The notes beneath the pieces are model-generated. The model searched no databases. It was not told the origin of the DNA and was given only the letters and a program-made list of their open reading frames with translations. From a bacterium (lineage in GTDB: Bacteria > Electryoneota > Electryoneia > Electryoneales > Electryoneaceae): a stretch of 64,000 nucleotides of DNA. The DNA lies in NCBI GenBank assembly GCA_963675295.2, contig CAXXKJ010000002.1, positions 2,560,001-2,624,000 on the forward strand, given 5' to 3'. Within the stretch, counting starts at the first letter, position 1. Each line of letters starts with the position of its first letter. Shown piece after piece: positions 1 to 9,091 of the stretch. The position numbers were made by a program, and so were the translations under genes.

Positions 1-594
1 GTAAGGGCTCAAGTGCCTAAAATCAGGCTGGATGACGTATTCGAGAAAAAGGATGATATCGCAAACATTGTCATGAGCGAGCTCGCTCAGGTCATGGAAG
101 GGTTTGGTTATGGAATCCTCAAAGCTCTAGTCACTGACATTGACCCTGATGCGAAAGTGAAAGAGTCGATGAACGAGATCAATGCCGCACAGAGAATGCG
201 TGTGGCTGCAACCGAGCGTGGTGAAGCGGACAGGATCCTGAAAGTGAAGTCTGCTGAAGGCGAGGCACAAAGCAAAGCCCTTCAGGGCCGTGGCATCGCG
301 GATCAGCGGCAGGCAATCGTTGCCGGCCTCCGGGATTCAGTCGATGAATTCCGCAAATCCGTACCTGGTACGACAGCCAAGGACGTCATGAACCTGGTTC
401 TGATGACCCAGTATTTCGATATGCTCAAAGAAATCGGCGCGTCTACAAGAACGAATGCGATTCTGATTCCGCACTCGCCGGGGAATCTTACGAGCCTTAC
501 AGAACAGATGCGAAATGCGATGATGGAGTCAGAACTGACCGTAAGCTCGTCCAAAACCGCTACGAACGATGTTCCATTGCCGTCAAAGATATAG
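1..594 (+). CDS. SPFH/band-7 domain protein (5'-truncated by window edge)
   Basis: Frame open from base 1 (VRAQVPKIRLDDVF); DIDPD..VKESMNEINAAQR, AEGEAQSKALQGRGIADQRQAI and TQYFDMLKEIG motifs typical of HIR/stomatin-like SPFH. Confidence 0.9.
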   Translation, partial: VRAQVPKIRLDDVFEKKDDIANIVMSELAQVMEGFGYGILKALVTDIDPDAKVKESMNEINAAQRMRVAATERGEADRILKVKSAEGEAQSKALQGRGIADQRQAIVAGLRDSVDEFRKSVPGTTAKDVMNLVLMTQYFDMLKEIGASTRTNAILIPHSPGNLTSLTEQMRNAMMESELTVSSSKTATNDVPLPSKI

Positions 595-733
595 AGTGGA
601 AGAGGTTCGGCAGCGTAGGCTCTGTCTGAACGCAACGGAAGTGCAAAGACAAATACAGGCAATAATACGCAAAAAAGTCGGTCCATGATAAACAGGACGC
701 AGGTTTTACCTTTAGACAGGATTGGAGTAGTCG

Positions 734-1222
734 ATGAATACCAAGCGATTGGTTTTTGGATTGGCAGCGTTGCTTCTGTCCTTCACTGCGGTATATGGCA
801 CCCAGGCAGCAGAGAACAAGTTTCGACTGGGCTTGCAGGGAACGCAGTTTGCAGCAGGGCTCAGCGGAATCATTGATTTCTCAAGCCCATGGGCAGTTCA
901 GGGCATCGTGGATTTTGGTGCGGACGCCGCTGCGATTCGGATTTTGAACCGATTTACGCAGAAAGAATTCTGGAACGCCTATGGCCAGGGAACGCTGGGG
1001 TTCTGGAATCACGACAACCGGCGCTCCTGGGGATGGTCGGAAGACGACTATCTGAAAAATCATGATGATGGTTTCGGTGCGGGAGTTGGGATTGGCATCG
1101 AGTACGATTGGCGTGGAATTGAGTCTTCACTTCCCCCGATCGGATGGAATATCGAGTTGGGGGCGAGCGTCGTGCCCGCGTTCTATTTCGATATCGGAAT
1201 CGGGGTACATTGGATGTTTTGA
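734..1222 (+). CDS. small secreted outer-membrane beta-barrel-like protein
   Basis: Signal peptide, alternating amphipathic strands, C-terminal aromatic signature (GIGVHWMF); GGAG RBS upstream. Confidence 0.65.
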   Translation: MNTKRLVFGLAALLLSFTAVYGTQAAENKFRLGLQGTQFAAGLSGIIDFSSPWAVQGIVDFGADAAAIRILNRFTQKEFWNAYGQGTLGFWNHDNRRSWGWSEDDYLKNHDDGFGAGVGIGIEYDWRGIESSLPPIGWNIELGASVVPAFYFDIGIGVHWMF

Positions 1223-1354
1223 ATTGATATCAGGTCTTCTTCCGTAGAATTCGGATAACGTATATCCTGCTACAGAAGAGGCAGTATTTAGATATTACTC
1301 GGTTAAACGGGTAGTGTACGGTATGTGATACACGTGAAGAAGTAAGGAGTATGT

Positions 1355-1993
1355 ATGAATTCCATGACCAAGCATTCTGATCGCTCGCTGAGCCGATGGA
1401 TATTAGTTATTGCCATTATTATAGCATCTGTAGTGATAGGAACTTCGTCATGTCGTTCACAAATGCCACATGAACCGATTCATCCAACAGCATTCTCAGT
1501 TCAGACTCCACCGCTGAATACCAGCGTGCCAAGTTCTGAAATCAATGGAGATGTTCGTTGGATTCCGGTCACTGATCCTGAGCAGGTTGGATTGACAGCC
1601 GCAGCAGTAGCGGCCCTTATCGACGCTGTCTATGCCGGCGAATCCGCTGGTTCGACATTCGCAGCTGTGATTCTCTCTCAGACTACCGGTGATCTGACAA
1701 TCGTATACAACGATACGGCGGGGCAGACACCCGTTCCAGTTGGTGGTGTTTTTATTCCGGAAGTTGGATCATTTGCGGAATTTCGCTGTGTTCCTGCTGT
1801 TTACCAGTGCGATAGCGAGGTGTCCCTGGTTGAATCCAAGGTGACGGCAATGGGTGCTACTGGCTCCGTGTGGGTACTCCTCATCGGATACCAGCGCAAT
1901 GTCACGAACGGTACTCACATCGTGAATGAACTGGAAACCAGCAGCTATCAGACCGAATGGGATGCTCCACTAGTTTGGCCGCTTGATCGCTGA
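1355..1993 (+). CDS. hypothetical exported/lipoprotein
   Basis: AAGGAG RBS; hydrophobic N-terminus followed by TSSC. Confidence 0.55.
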   Translation: MNSMTKHSDRSLSRWILVIAIIIASVVIGTSSCRSQMPHEPIHPTAFSVQTPPLNTSVPSSEINGDVRWIPVTDPEQVGLTAAAVAALIDAVYAGESAGSTFAAVILSQTTGDLTIVYNDTAGQTPVPVGGVFIPEVGSFAEFRCVPAVYQCDSEVSLVESKVTAMGATGSVWVLLIGYQRNVTNGTHIVNELETSSYQTEWDAPLVWPLDR

Positions 1994-2152
1994 AAATTTC
2001 AATACCACCCGGAAATTGGTGCGGATAGATAGAATCTACGCCAGTCGTTTCGCGTGTAGCGAGTCGGATACAAGGTTTTAACAGCACTGAAGAATCGAAC
2101 GTTGCCAGTTGTGCTTGTTGAGTGCTGAACGAAGACAGGTCCTAAGGAGCAG

Positions 2153-2734
2153 ATGATGGATGGAATACAGTCAGATAGGTCAGATCCGCGTGATGAGGAA
2201 CACGATCTTCCTGTTCAACGCTGGAGGAAAAGGCACCGGTACACGTTTGGTATTGCGCTGGTACTTCTCGGCGTGCTGTTTCTTCTGAAGTTCACTGGGT
2301 TGATCGAGTTCACCTGGCCATTGATTCTACTCGTGATTGGCAGCGCCATTCTCGTGGAAACATGGCTGAACCACCGGTCGGGAGGTGTATTTCCCGGAAT
2401 CCTCCTCTGTCTGCTGGCTCTGATCTTCGTGGCGGACAACAACCAATGGGTAGCCGGGGGAGTAACTCGCAATTGGCCGTTTGTGGTGCTCGCAGTCGGA
2501 CTGTCGTTTCTGATTTCAGCCCCCTTTGTTCAGGCTCAGCGAAAGAACTGGATCCCCGGAGTGATCGTACTTGCCGCTGGCGGTTTCTTTTTGTTGTCGG
2601 AATACGAGTGGATCCAATGGGGTGTGGTCAGCGAAGTGCTGAAATGGTGGCCATCTGTCCTGATTATCGTCGGTATCTGGTACCTGTTCCACAACCCTTC
2701 ACATCTGGTTGGGAAGCGAAAGACCGCCGTGTAG
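2153..2734 (+). CDS. LiaF/LiaI-like (DUF5668-type) membrane protein
   Basis: AAGGAG RBS; repeated TM hairpins with WP-x-x-L-I-x-x-G motifs. Confidence 0.75.
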   Translation: MMDGIQSDRSDPRDEEHDLPVQRWRKRHRYTFGIALVLLGVLFLLKFTGLIEFTWPLILLVIGSAILVETWLNHRSGGVFPGILLCLLALIFVADNNQWVAGGVTRNWPFVVLAVGLSFLISAPFVQAQRKNWIPGVIVLAAGGFFLLSEYEWIQWGVVSEVLKWWPSVLIIVGIWYLFHNPSHLVGKRKTAV

Positions 2735-2927
2735 CTGGTTTCCGGGCAGGATGAACGTTGACTTCGAAAGATTTCACCACGGATCGGCGTTCTTCTTCCA
2801 AGGGGTGGAGAACGGAACACCTGGCCCGAATTGGGTGGTCATGCAGGATATCTGTTTGTCGAACATGAATTCATGAGGCGAACAGAAACGTGACCACGAA
2901 AAGAATTTCCACAGACAGAGGTTACTT

Positions 2928-4373
2928 TTGAGATTACTGCTGATAAATCCGACGAATCCGATCGTCAGCATCGTGAACGTGAAAGAAAGCAGATGGAACC
3001 GGTTCCGCGTGTGGAAGCCGCTCAGCCTGATGACCATTGCGGGACTTACCCCAACGGACTGGGATGTTACCATCGTGGACGAAAATCTCGGCCTGCCTGA
3101 TTATTGGACGATGCCGCAGCCCGACCTGGTGGGTATAACTGCTTTTACGTCGCAGGCCAACCGCGCCTACGAAATCGCAGCGTACTTTGAGCATCTCGGC
3201 GTTCCGGTTGTCATGGGTGGAATTCATGCGACCATGTGTACCGATGAAGCGTTGGAGCACGTTGCTTCCGTGGTCACGGGTGAGGCCGAATCGATCTGGC
3301 CGGATATTCTGGCCGACGTGAAATCGGGCAACTTGAAAACGCTGTATACCGACGAGCGGACGGATTTGTCGAATATTCCACCTCCCCGTCACGACCTGCT
3401 CCCACCGCGATATCCGTTTGGCTCGATTCAGACCACGCGGGGATGTCCGCTGGATTGCAACTTCTGCAGCGTGACGGCGTTCAACGGCACTCATTACCGG
3501 CAACGGCCGATTGCCGATGTCGTGCAGGAATTCAGCCAGATTCAGGAGAAACGTGTCCTCGTTGTCGACGACAACCTGATCGGGACACGACCAGAGCACA
3601 TCGATCGTGCAAAAGAACTGTTTCGAGCTCTTGCGGATGCCAACCTCGGAAAGGAATGGGTTTCGCAAGCCACGATCAACTTCGCGGACGATGAGGAGCT
3701 GCTGACGCTGGCGGAGAAGGCCGGCTGCAAAGGCGTATTCGTTGGATTTGAAACCCCTTCTACGGAAGGACTGAAAGAACTCGGGAAAAGATTCAACTAC
3801 CGGAAACAAAGAGATTTTCGCGCTTCGGTGAAACGGATTCAGAAACACAAAATACTGGTTGTCGGTTCATTCATTATTGGTCTTGATGTGGACGAACCCG
3901 GGATTGGGGTGCGAATCGCGCAAACAGCCAGTGAGTACGGCGTAGACACTCTCAACGCTCTCTTTCTTACTCCCTTGCCCGGCACACGCCTGTGGGACCA
4001 GATGGCCGTGGATGACAGAATCACGAGACATAACTTTCCGGATGATTGGCAATATTTCACCCTCAGCCTGCCAGTGGCGAAATACAAACACTTTTCCGAG
4101 GCGGAAGTCATGACTGAAATGACCAATTGCTACAGTTACTTCTATTCCCTCCCACGGATGTTTAAACGAATCTGGGATGCCTTCTGGTGTCGTCGTCAAC
4201 CGCTGATTTCCTTTGTCGGTAATTTCTCGTTCAGAAGAAACATCAAGCTGGATACCATCGCGTTCAATGATTTCGCGCGCCAGGGAGATCGTGCAACACA
4301 GCCTGCTCTGGACATGCCTTTTTGGCCGACTGATACAAAGCCTGCAACTCTTGAAGCACGAAGCCAGGTTTAG
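2928..4373 (+). CDS. B12-binding radical SAM protein
   Basis: N-terminal DLVGIT...VVMGGIHAT..GEAE cobalamin-binding-like domain; TTRGCPLDCNFC CxxxCxxC motif. Confidence 0.9.
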   Translation: MRLLLINPTNPIVSIVNVKESRWNRFRVWKPLSLMTIAGLTPTDWDVTIVDENLGLPDYWTMPQPDLVGITAFTSQANRAYEIAAYFEHLGVPVVMGGIHATMCTDEALEHVASVVTGEAESIWPDILADVKSGNLKTLYTDERTDLSNIPPPRHDLLPPRYPFGSIQTTRGCPLDCNFCSVTAFNGTHYRQRPIADVVQEFSQIQEKRVLVVDDNLIGTRPEHIDRAKELFRALADANLGKEWVSQATINFADDEELLTLAEKAGCKGVFVGFETPSTEGLKELGKRFNYRKQRDFRASVKRIQKHKILVVGSFIIGLDVDEPGIGVRIAQTASEYGVDTLNALFLTPLPGTRLWDQMAVDDRITRHNFPDDWQYFTLSLPVAKYKHFSEAEVMTEMTNCYSYFYSLPRMFKRIWDAFWCRRQPLISFVGNFSFRRNIKLDTIAFNDFARQGDRATQPALDMPFWPTDTKPATLEARSQV

Positions 4374-4727
4374 AATTTCTTGCCGTAATTCCAAAATCAA
4401 TCGTGAGAATTGCGGCAACTCTTTTGCCACGCTGAGTACTTCTGGCCACAGTTGCTTGGTAACGATTGCGGAATATTCAGTCGCATCATCCACCTGCTTC
4501 TCTTTAAATGCAGTTGAATCTGGCGTGTAAGACGAATGGGCTCCTGGTTGATCTTCTACCTACTCAGGTTCGATTCGTGCAAATCAGCAAGGCTTTCAGA
4601 AACGGCCCCCGTAGTGGAGATACCGCCATGCTGGAAATACCGCCATGTTCGGTACCTACGGAGCCCCGGGGTCGAACGCGATTTTCCATAACTTTTCCTT
4701 TGAGAACCTTCGTATGTAGAGTTACTG

Positions 4728-4760
4728 AAAAAGGCGCCCCGATGTGACCGAAGCGCCCTC
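4728..4760 (-). terminator. probable intrinsic terminator
   Basis: ggcgc...gcgcc hairpin with A-run on + strand (U-tail on -) downstream of the 4791..6593 gene. Confidence 0.45.
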
Positions 4761-4790
4761 TGCTACCTAACCTGTCCTTGGCTGATGTAG

Positions 4791-6593
4791 CTAACTAACC
4801 AACATCACCTTCTGCACCTGGTCGATGTGGCCGGGAACAACTGCGTGCACGAAGTACACACCACTCGCCAGATGGTTGGCGTCAAACGTAAGACGGTGAT
4901 CCCCGGCAGAATGTTGTCCATTGGCAAGGACAGCCACCTGGCGCCCGAGTACGTCATAGACGGTGACGGTGAGCTCTGCCGGTTCGGGCAGGGAAACCGT
5001 GAGCGAGGCGCTGGCATTGAATGGGTTCGGGTATGCGGGGGAGACGCTGAACTCGGTCGGGAGCGGTTCCAGGTTGGTTACCTGTGCATCTGTTGTTTCC
5101 CATGCTTCGTTGCGCCAATCCTCCACATAATATTCACCTAAGCTTGGAACTTCACTTGGCTCTTGTGATCTCAAATCAGCAGACTTCGTGAAACTAAAGT
5201 CTATTGCAAATGCTACGTCCGGATAATAACCAAGAATGCAGCTGTATAAATACACTCCATCTGGCGCGTAGTTTGGAATATATTGCCTGATCTCGTTGTA
5301 CGATACAGTTTGATATCGATGAATCGTACATGTTTCTAAATTTAGTGCGCCTATTATTTCACCATTGGGCAATAATACTTCATTCCAAAAATTAACATCA
5401 TCGTAAGTAACAGGTCTGCTATTACTAATTATTAGGCTATAACTAATGTACCCTCCATCAGGTCCAATTATCGTGTTTAATGGTGTTACTTTATGTGGTG
5501 TAATAGATTGATCGTAATAGAGTAGCCCTTGTGATGAATTGCTTATTAGTTCAACTAAATCATCTTGATCTAAATTAGCAGAATATATAAGTCTTTGTGA
5601 GGTATATCCATCGATTATATGTTTATTCCATACATCATCGTAACTATTAACGTTTTCCCACCAGGCTAAATCGTGTCCAGGACATTGACTGGATATAATA
5701 TCAATATTACTATCATAATCGATATCAGAACAACTTATATATTGTCCTATTGCATCGTAATCTGTAATAATATGCAAAATGAAACTATCATTACCATTAT
5801 TCTCCCACCATGCAAGCCTATTACCGATAATAGGTATAGTTGTAACTATAGATACAATGTCTATGTAGCTATCATTATTAATGTCAGATAGTACTGTTTG
5901 ATTACAATAAATATTATCCTGAACCGTATGATTAGTAAAACTATTGTCGCCATTATTTTCCCACCACGTTACTTTTTCAAACGACAAGTATGAGCAGACT
6001 ATATCCATATATCCATCATTATTAATATCACCTATATCATAGTCTTCAGCTTCATAATCGGTTTGTACGAGATGATATTCCGTAAACTCGTAAGAACCAT
6101 TGTTAATATAGTAATATATGCCATTTATAGTACTTAAAATAATATCATTATCGTTATCTAAATCCAGGTCGCAAGAATATACCTTCTTTGCATAACTATA
6201 AGGAGTTGGCTCAGTTAGTATATGACTTATAAAAGTATTATTTCCCACATATTCCCACCAGAGCAAATAATAGTCCGGTGCAGCAATTCCTAATATGTCA
6301 ACATCGCCATCGTTATCAAAGTCAATCGGGAAGATATCATATAAATAATCAAGATCATGATATAAATCATGCAGTAAAAATATGCCATCTCCGTTATTTA
6401 CTAATATCTTAATGCTATTCGAAGGGTAATCTGTAAAAAATATATCGTTGTCGCCATCGCTATTATAATCTGCTATCTTTATAATATCAGCCTCAAATCC
6501 TGCGCCAACAACGTTTTCAATCCAAAACGGCTGCGTCTGTGCGAGTAGCAATGTCGGAAATATAAAAATAATAAGCGCAAACCACCGAGTCAT
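4791..6593 (-). CDS. FG-GAP/VCBS repeat protein with T9SS type-A C-terminal sorting domain
   Basis: Signal peptide; about 7 DxDxDGDxD repeats with WWEN motifs; C-terminal YPNPFN..YDVLGR..ASGVYF..KVMLV. Confidence 0.9.
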   Translation of the reverse strand: MTRWFALIIFIFPTLLLAQTQPFWIENVVGAGFEADIIKIADYNSDGDNDIFFTDYPSNSIKILVNNGDGIFLLHDLYHDLDYLYDIFPIDFDNDGDVDILGIAAPDYYLLWWEYVGNNTFISHILTEPTPYSYAKKVYSCDLDLDNDNDIILSTINGIYYYINNGSYEFTEYHLVQTDYEAEDYDIGDINNDGYMDIVCSYLSFEKVTWWENNGDNSFTNHTVQDNIYCNQTVLSDINNDSYIDIVSIVTTIPIIGNRLAWWENNGNDSFILHIITDYDAIGQYISCSDIDYDSNIDIISSQCPGHDLAWWENVNSYDDVWNKHIIDGYTSQRLIYSANLDQDDLVELISNSSQGLLYYDQSITPHKVTPLNTIIGPDGGYISYSLIISNSRPVTYDDVNFWNEVLLPNGEIIGALNLETCTIHRYQTVSYNEIRQYIPNYAPDGVYLYSCILGYYPDVAFAIDFSFTKSADLRSQEPSEVPSLGEYYVEDWRNEAWETTDAQVTNLEPLPTEFSVSPAYPNPFNASASLTVSLPEPAELTVTVYDVLGRQVAVLANGQHSAGDHRLTFDANHLASGVYFVHAVVPGHIDQVQKVMLVS

Positions 6594-6746
6594 TTTCCCA
6601 TCCTCCGGTCGGGTGTTGAAGTTTCAATCGATGTTGAAAAGATACGGACCATTGTACGCAGATTCGCGAAAACCCCAACGCTGTTTATCGCTGGGGCTTG
6701 CTTTTGCTCTCGGAGATTAGCTGGTAGGCATCGGTTAGGGGATCGG

Positions 6747-7877
6747 TTATCCAATCCGTTTTTGGTCAGGGAGCACGCCGGAGATCAGATCACTTGCCAG
6801 TTCTGATCCTCGCCGGAGTGCTTCATCCCGAAGGTGAGCGTATCGCTGCGTGGGCTGAGGTGATTTGTGCGTCAGGAGCCGTTGCAGGATGTACAGATCA
6901 ACTTGTCCTGACGAGGCGAGCATGGAAGCGAACACATGCCTCAGACCGTGAAACGGACGGAATTCCTTCGGGAGATCGGCAGCTTCTTTGATTCTATTTG
7001 CTTGTCGTCTCACGTCTACACGTTGTCCGCCGTTCCTGCCGGGAAATACATAGGAGCTGGTGCGAGGCTGTTTGGCAATGATCCGCCAGACTTGCTCGTT
7101 CAAAGGGATCGTTTCGTTCAGGCCACCCTTAGGATCACGAAGAATGATGAAACCTCGCTCGGAGTTCACGTCCTGCCATTCCAACCGTAGAATCTCGCCG
7201 CGACGCATGCCGGTCAGTAGCGCCAGTTTCATCATCGCCGCTACCTGTTGGTCTTCAGCTTCTTCAAGTGCGTTCCACAACCGCCCGATCTGTTCGGGAG
7301 TGAGGTCTTCTGTGCGGACGTTGTTCACGCGAGGCATTTCACCGAGATAGGATGGGGTGGGGCAGAGCCCGCGCTTGGAAGCATAGTTTATCAGCCTACG
7401 TAACAGTTCCATCACATGGTGAACGGACGCAGCCGCAAGTCCCTTAGCTTCCAGTTCCTGCCGGAGCTTGTCAAACTCAAGCGGGGTAATCTGCTTCGGC
7501 TGCTTGTCGCCTACCGTTTCGGCCAAGTGCTTTTCAAACCGGTTCTTGTCCTGAACTATACCCTTCAGGGAACGTGAACCACTGTATTCTTCCCATAAAC
7601 GGTCAATAGTCCAAGGCTCGGTTTGTCGCTCACGTTCACGCCGTTGCCGTACTTCCTGCCGGGATTCGCGTCTACCTTCGATCCGAGCGGCTCTGATCTT
7701 GGCAGCCTTGGCCGGAGTCATGTTATCCGCATGCTGCCGTCCGGCTTTCTCTTCCAGCACCTTGCCGTCTCGTTTGAATATGACGTAGTAGCTTTTCTCC
7801 GTGCCGTTACCACCAGCACGCGGGACCTCGCGATAGAACACGCCAGGGTAGTTTGTCTTGAATCGTTTCCGGCTCAT
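6747..7877 (-). CDS. tyrosine recombinase/integrase
   Basis: Catalytic set present: TGMRRGE (R), PKGG (K), HGLRH, LTHK, TQRYAH (Y); adjacent to tRNA fragment. Confidence 0.95.
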   Translation of the reverse strand: MSRKRFKTNYPGVFYREVPRAGGNGTEKSYYVIFKRDGKVLEEKAGRQHADNMTPAKAAKIRAARIEGRRESRQEVRQRRERERQTEPWTIDRLWEEYSGSRSLKGIVQDKNRFEKHLAETVGDKQPKQITPLEFDKLRQELEAKGLAAASVHHVMELLRRLINYASKRGLCPTPSYLGEMPRVNNVRTEDLTPEQIGRLWNALEEAEDQQVAAMMKLALLTGMRRGEILRLEWQDVNSERGFIILRDPKGGLNETIPLNEQVWRIIAKQPRTSSYVFPGRNGGQRVDVRRQANRIKEAADLPKEFRPFHGLRHVFASMLASSGQVDLYILQRLLTHKSPQPTQRYAHLRDEALRRGSELASDLISGVLPDQKRIG

Positions 7878-7907
7878 TTTGCTCGCCCCTTTTCAAGCCC
7901 AAAGGTC

Positions 7908-7945
7908 GGTTGGAATCATCCCGTTCCAACCTCTGTTCCAACCTC
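7908..7945. repeat. putative integrase arm-type binding sites
   Basis: Tandem GTTCCAACCTC at 7923-7933 and 7935-7945 plus inverted GGTTGGAA at 7908-7915, between integrase start and att core. Confidence 0.5.
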
Positions 7946-8069
7946 CAGCAGAAAGTAAAGGGGAAAAAGAGCGAAAGCAAGAGTAAAACGCTAAGAACAT
8001 AAACAGCGTATTAACAACATAATAGAGTGATACAGGGGAATTCGGAGGGGTGGGGAGGAAGGCAATTTC

Positions 8070-8119
8070 TTGGGCTCATAACCCAAAGGTCGCGGGTTCA
8101 AATCCCGCCCCCGCTACCA
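8070..8119 (+). tRNA. 3' fragment of initiator tRNA-Met(CAT), att site; not a full tRNA
   Basis: TTGGG-CTCATAA-CCCAA anticodon arm with three G-C pairs, GGTTCAAATCC T-arm, ACCA end; no D-arm or acceptor 5' strand upstream. Confidence 0.9.
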
Positions 8120-8127
8120 AGAAATAG

Positions 8128-8160
8128 ACGGGACTTCCGAAGATTCGGGAGTCCCGTTTT
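8128..8160 (+). terminator. intrinsic terminator (original tRNA terminator, likely bidirectional)
   Basis: acgggacttccga-agat-tcgggagtcccgt followed by T-run. Confidence 0.8.
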
Positions 8161-8231
8161 GTGTGTTGTGCTTGACGATCCCGCCGAGATTCAACCCGGG
8201 ACCCAGACGCCGTGTGTACGTCCAGTCCGGG

Positions 8232-8705
8232 TCAGTCGCCACTGCGGTACATCGCCCGCGTTTCTTCGATCCAGAACAGTGGCTCTTTGTAGATGGAGCA
8301 TTCCGAACAGGTCTGGCTCAGGCAGCCGCCGGAGTCCCGGTGGTGCGTCCAGCATGGATTTGACGGACTGTTAACGAAGGCGCATTTGTCACGATCTTCG
8401 CTGGAGCAGCTGTGAATCTGCCAGCAGGGAAGCAGGGCGCACAACCGCACCAGTGACTTCAGGTTCAGCTTGTTCGCGTCCATGTATTCACGCAATCGGG
8501 CGATCCGCTCGACCTCGACTCCATTGACCCAACGGTAACCGCGCCGGTCGCGTGGGAACACTGTCAGCCCGATCGAATCGTAGTTTCGCAACGTGGACGC
8601 CGACACGCCCAGCTGTTCCGCGGCATCGCTGATCGGGATGGCATCCGGCAGAATGCCCGGCTCATCCTGAAGCAGAAGTTGATCCCGCGGATCGTTGACC
8701 GTCAT
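8232..8705 (-). CDS. MerR-family HTH regulator with Cys-rich (two CW motifs) C-terminal domain
   Basis: ISDAAEQLGVSASTLRNYD..RGYRW MerR HTH; CWQIHSC..C..PCW..C..CSEC. Confidence 0.85.
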   Translation of the reverse strand: MTVNDPRDQLLLQDEPGILPDAIPISDAAEQLGVSASTLRNYDSIGLTVFPRDRRGYRWVNGVEVERIARLREYMDANKLNLKSLVRLCALLPCWQIHSCSSEDRDKCAFVNSPSNPCWTHHRDSGGCLSQTCSECSIYKEPLFWIEETRAMYRSGD

Positions 8706-9088
8706 GACGGAACGCTCAGCAGGTTGTCGACCAGACGAAGCATTTCGTCCTGATCCACCGGCTTGGCGAGGTAGCCGTCCGGCGCCGGGACCTGCTTGCG
8801 TGTCGAAATAAACGTCTTCATGTCGCGGGCAACACCGCTGATGACGATGATCGGCGTGTGCGGTTCACCCTCACCACGCATCTCGCGGTAAAACTTCAAG
8901 CCGCTAACCTCCGGCATGCTGAGGTCGAGTGTGATCAGGTCGTAGCTTGTCGCGGCAGCTTTTTCCAGGCCGATCTGGCCGTCTTCTGCGGTATCCACGG
9001 AATACCCGTGGTCCTCTAGCAATGCCGCGAAAAACGTTCTCGTATCGGCTTCGTCGTCAACGACCAGGATTCGTGGTTTGTGCTCCAT
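8702..9088 (-). CDS. single-domain response regulator
   Basis: ILVVDDE, LDLSMP (phospho-Asp), ISG, KP. Confidence 0.95.
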   Translation of the reverse strand: MEHKPRILVVDDEADTRTFFAALLEDHGYSVDTAEDGQIGLEKAAATSYDLITLDLSMPEVSGLKFYREMRGEGEPHTPIIVISGVARDMKTFISTRKQVPAPDGYLAKPVDQDEMLRLVDNLLSVPS

Positions 9089-9091
9089 CGA

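Larger units (their letters stand above)
1..8119. mobile_element. right end of a genomic island integrated at tRNA-fMet
   Basis: Integrase next to a 3' tRNA-Met fragment; lower-GC cargo; left end lies outside the window. Confidence 0.75.

Noticed and set aside
4380-4560. Protein-like minus-strand stretch (DDATEYSAIVTKQLWPEVL...)
   Set aside because: Possible gene remnant, but no credible start or recognisable family, and it runs antisense into the radical SAM gene
8041-8119. Complete tRNA-Met gene
   Set aside because: No D-arm or acceptor 5' strand; only the att fragment is present
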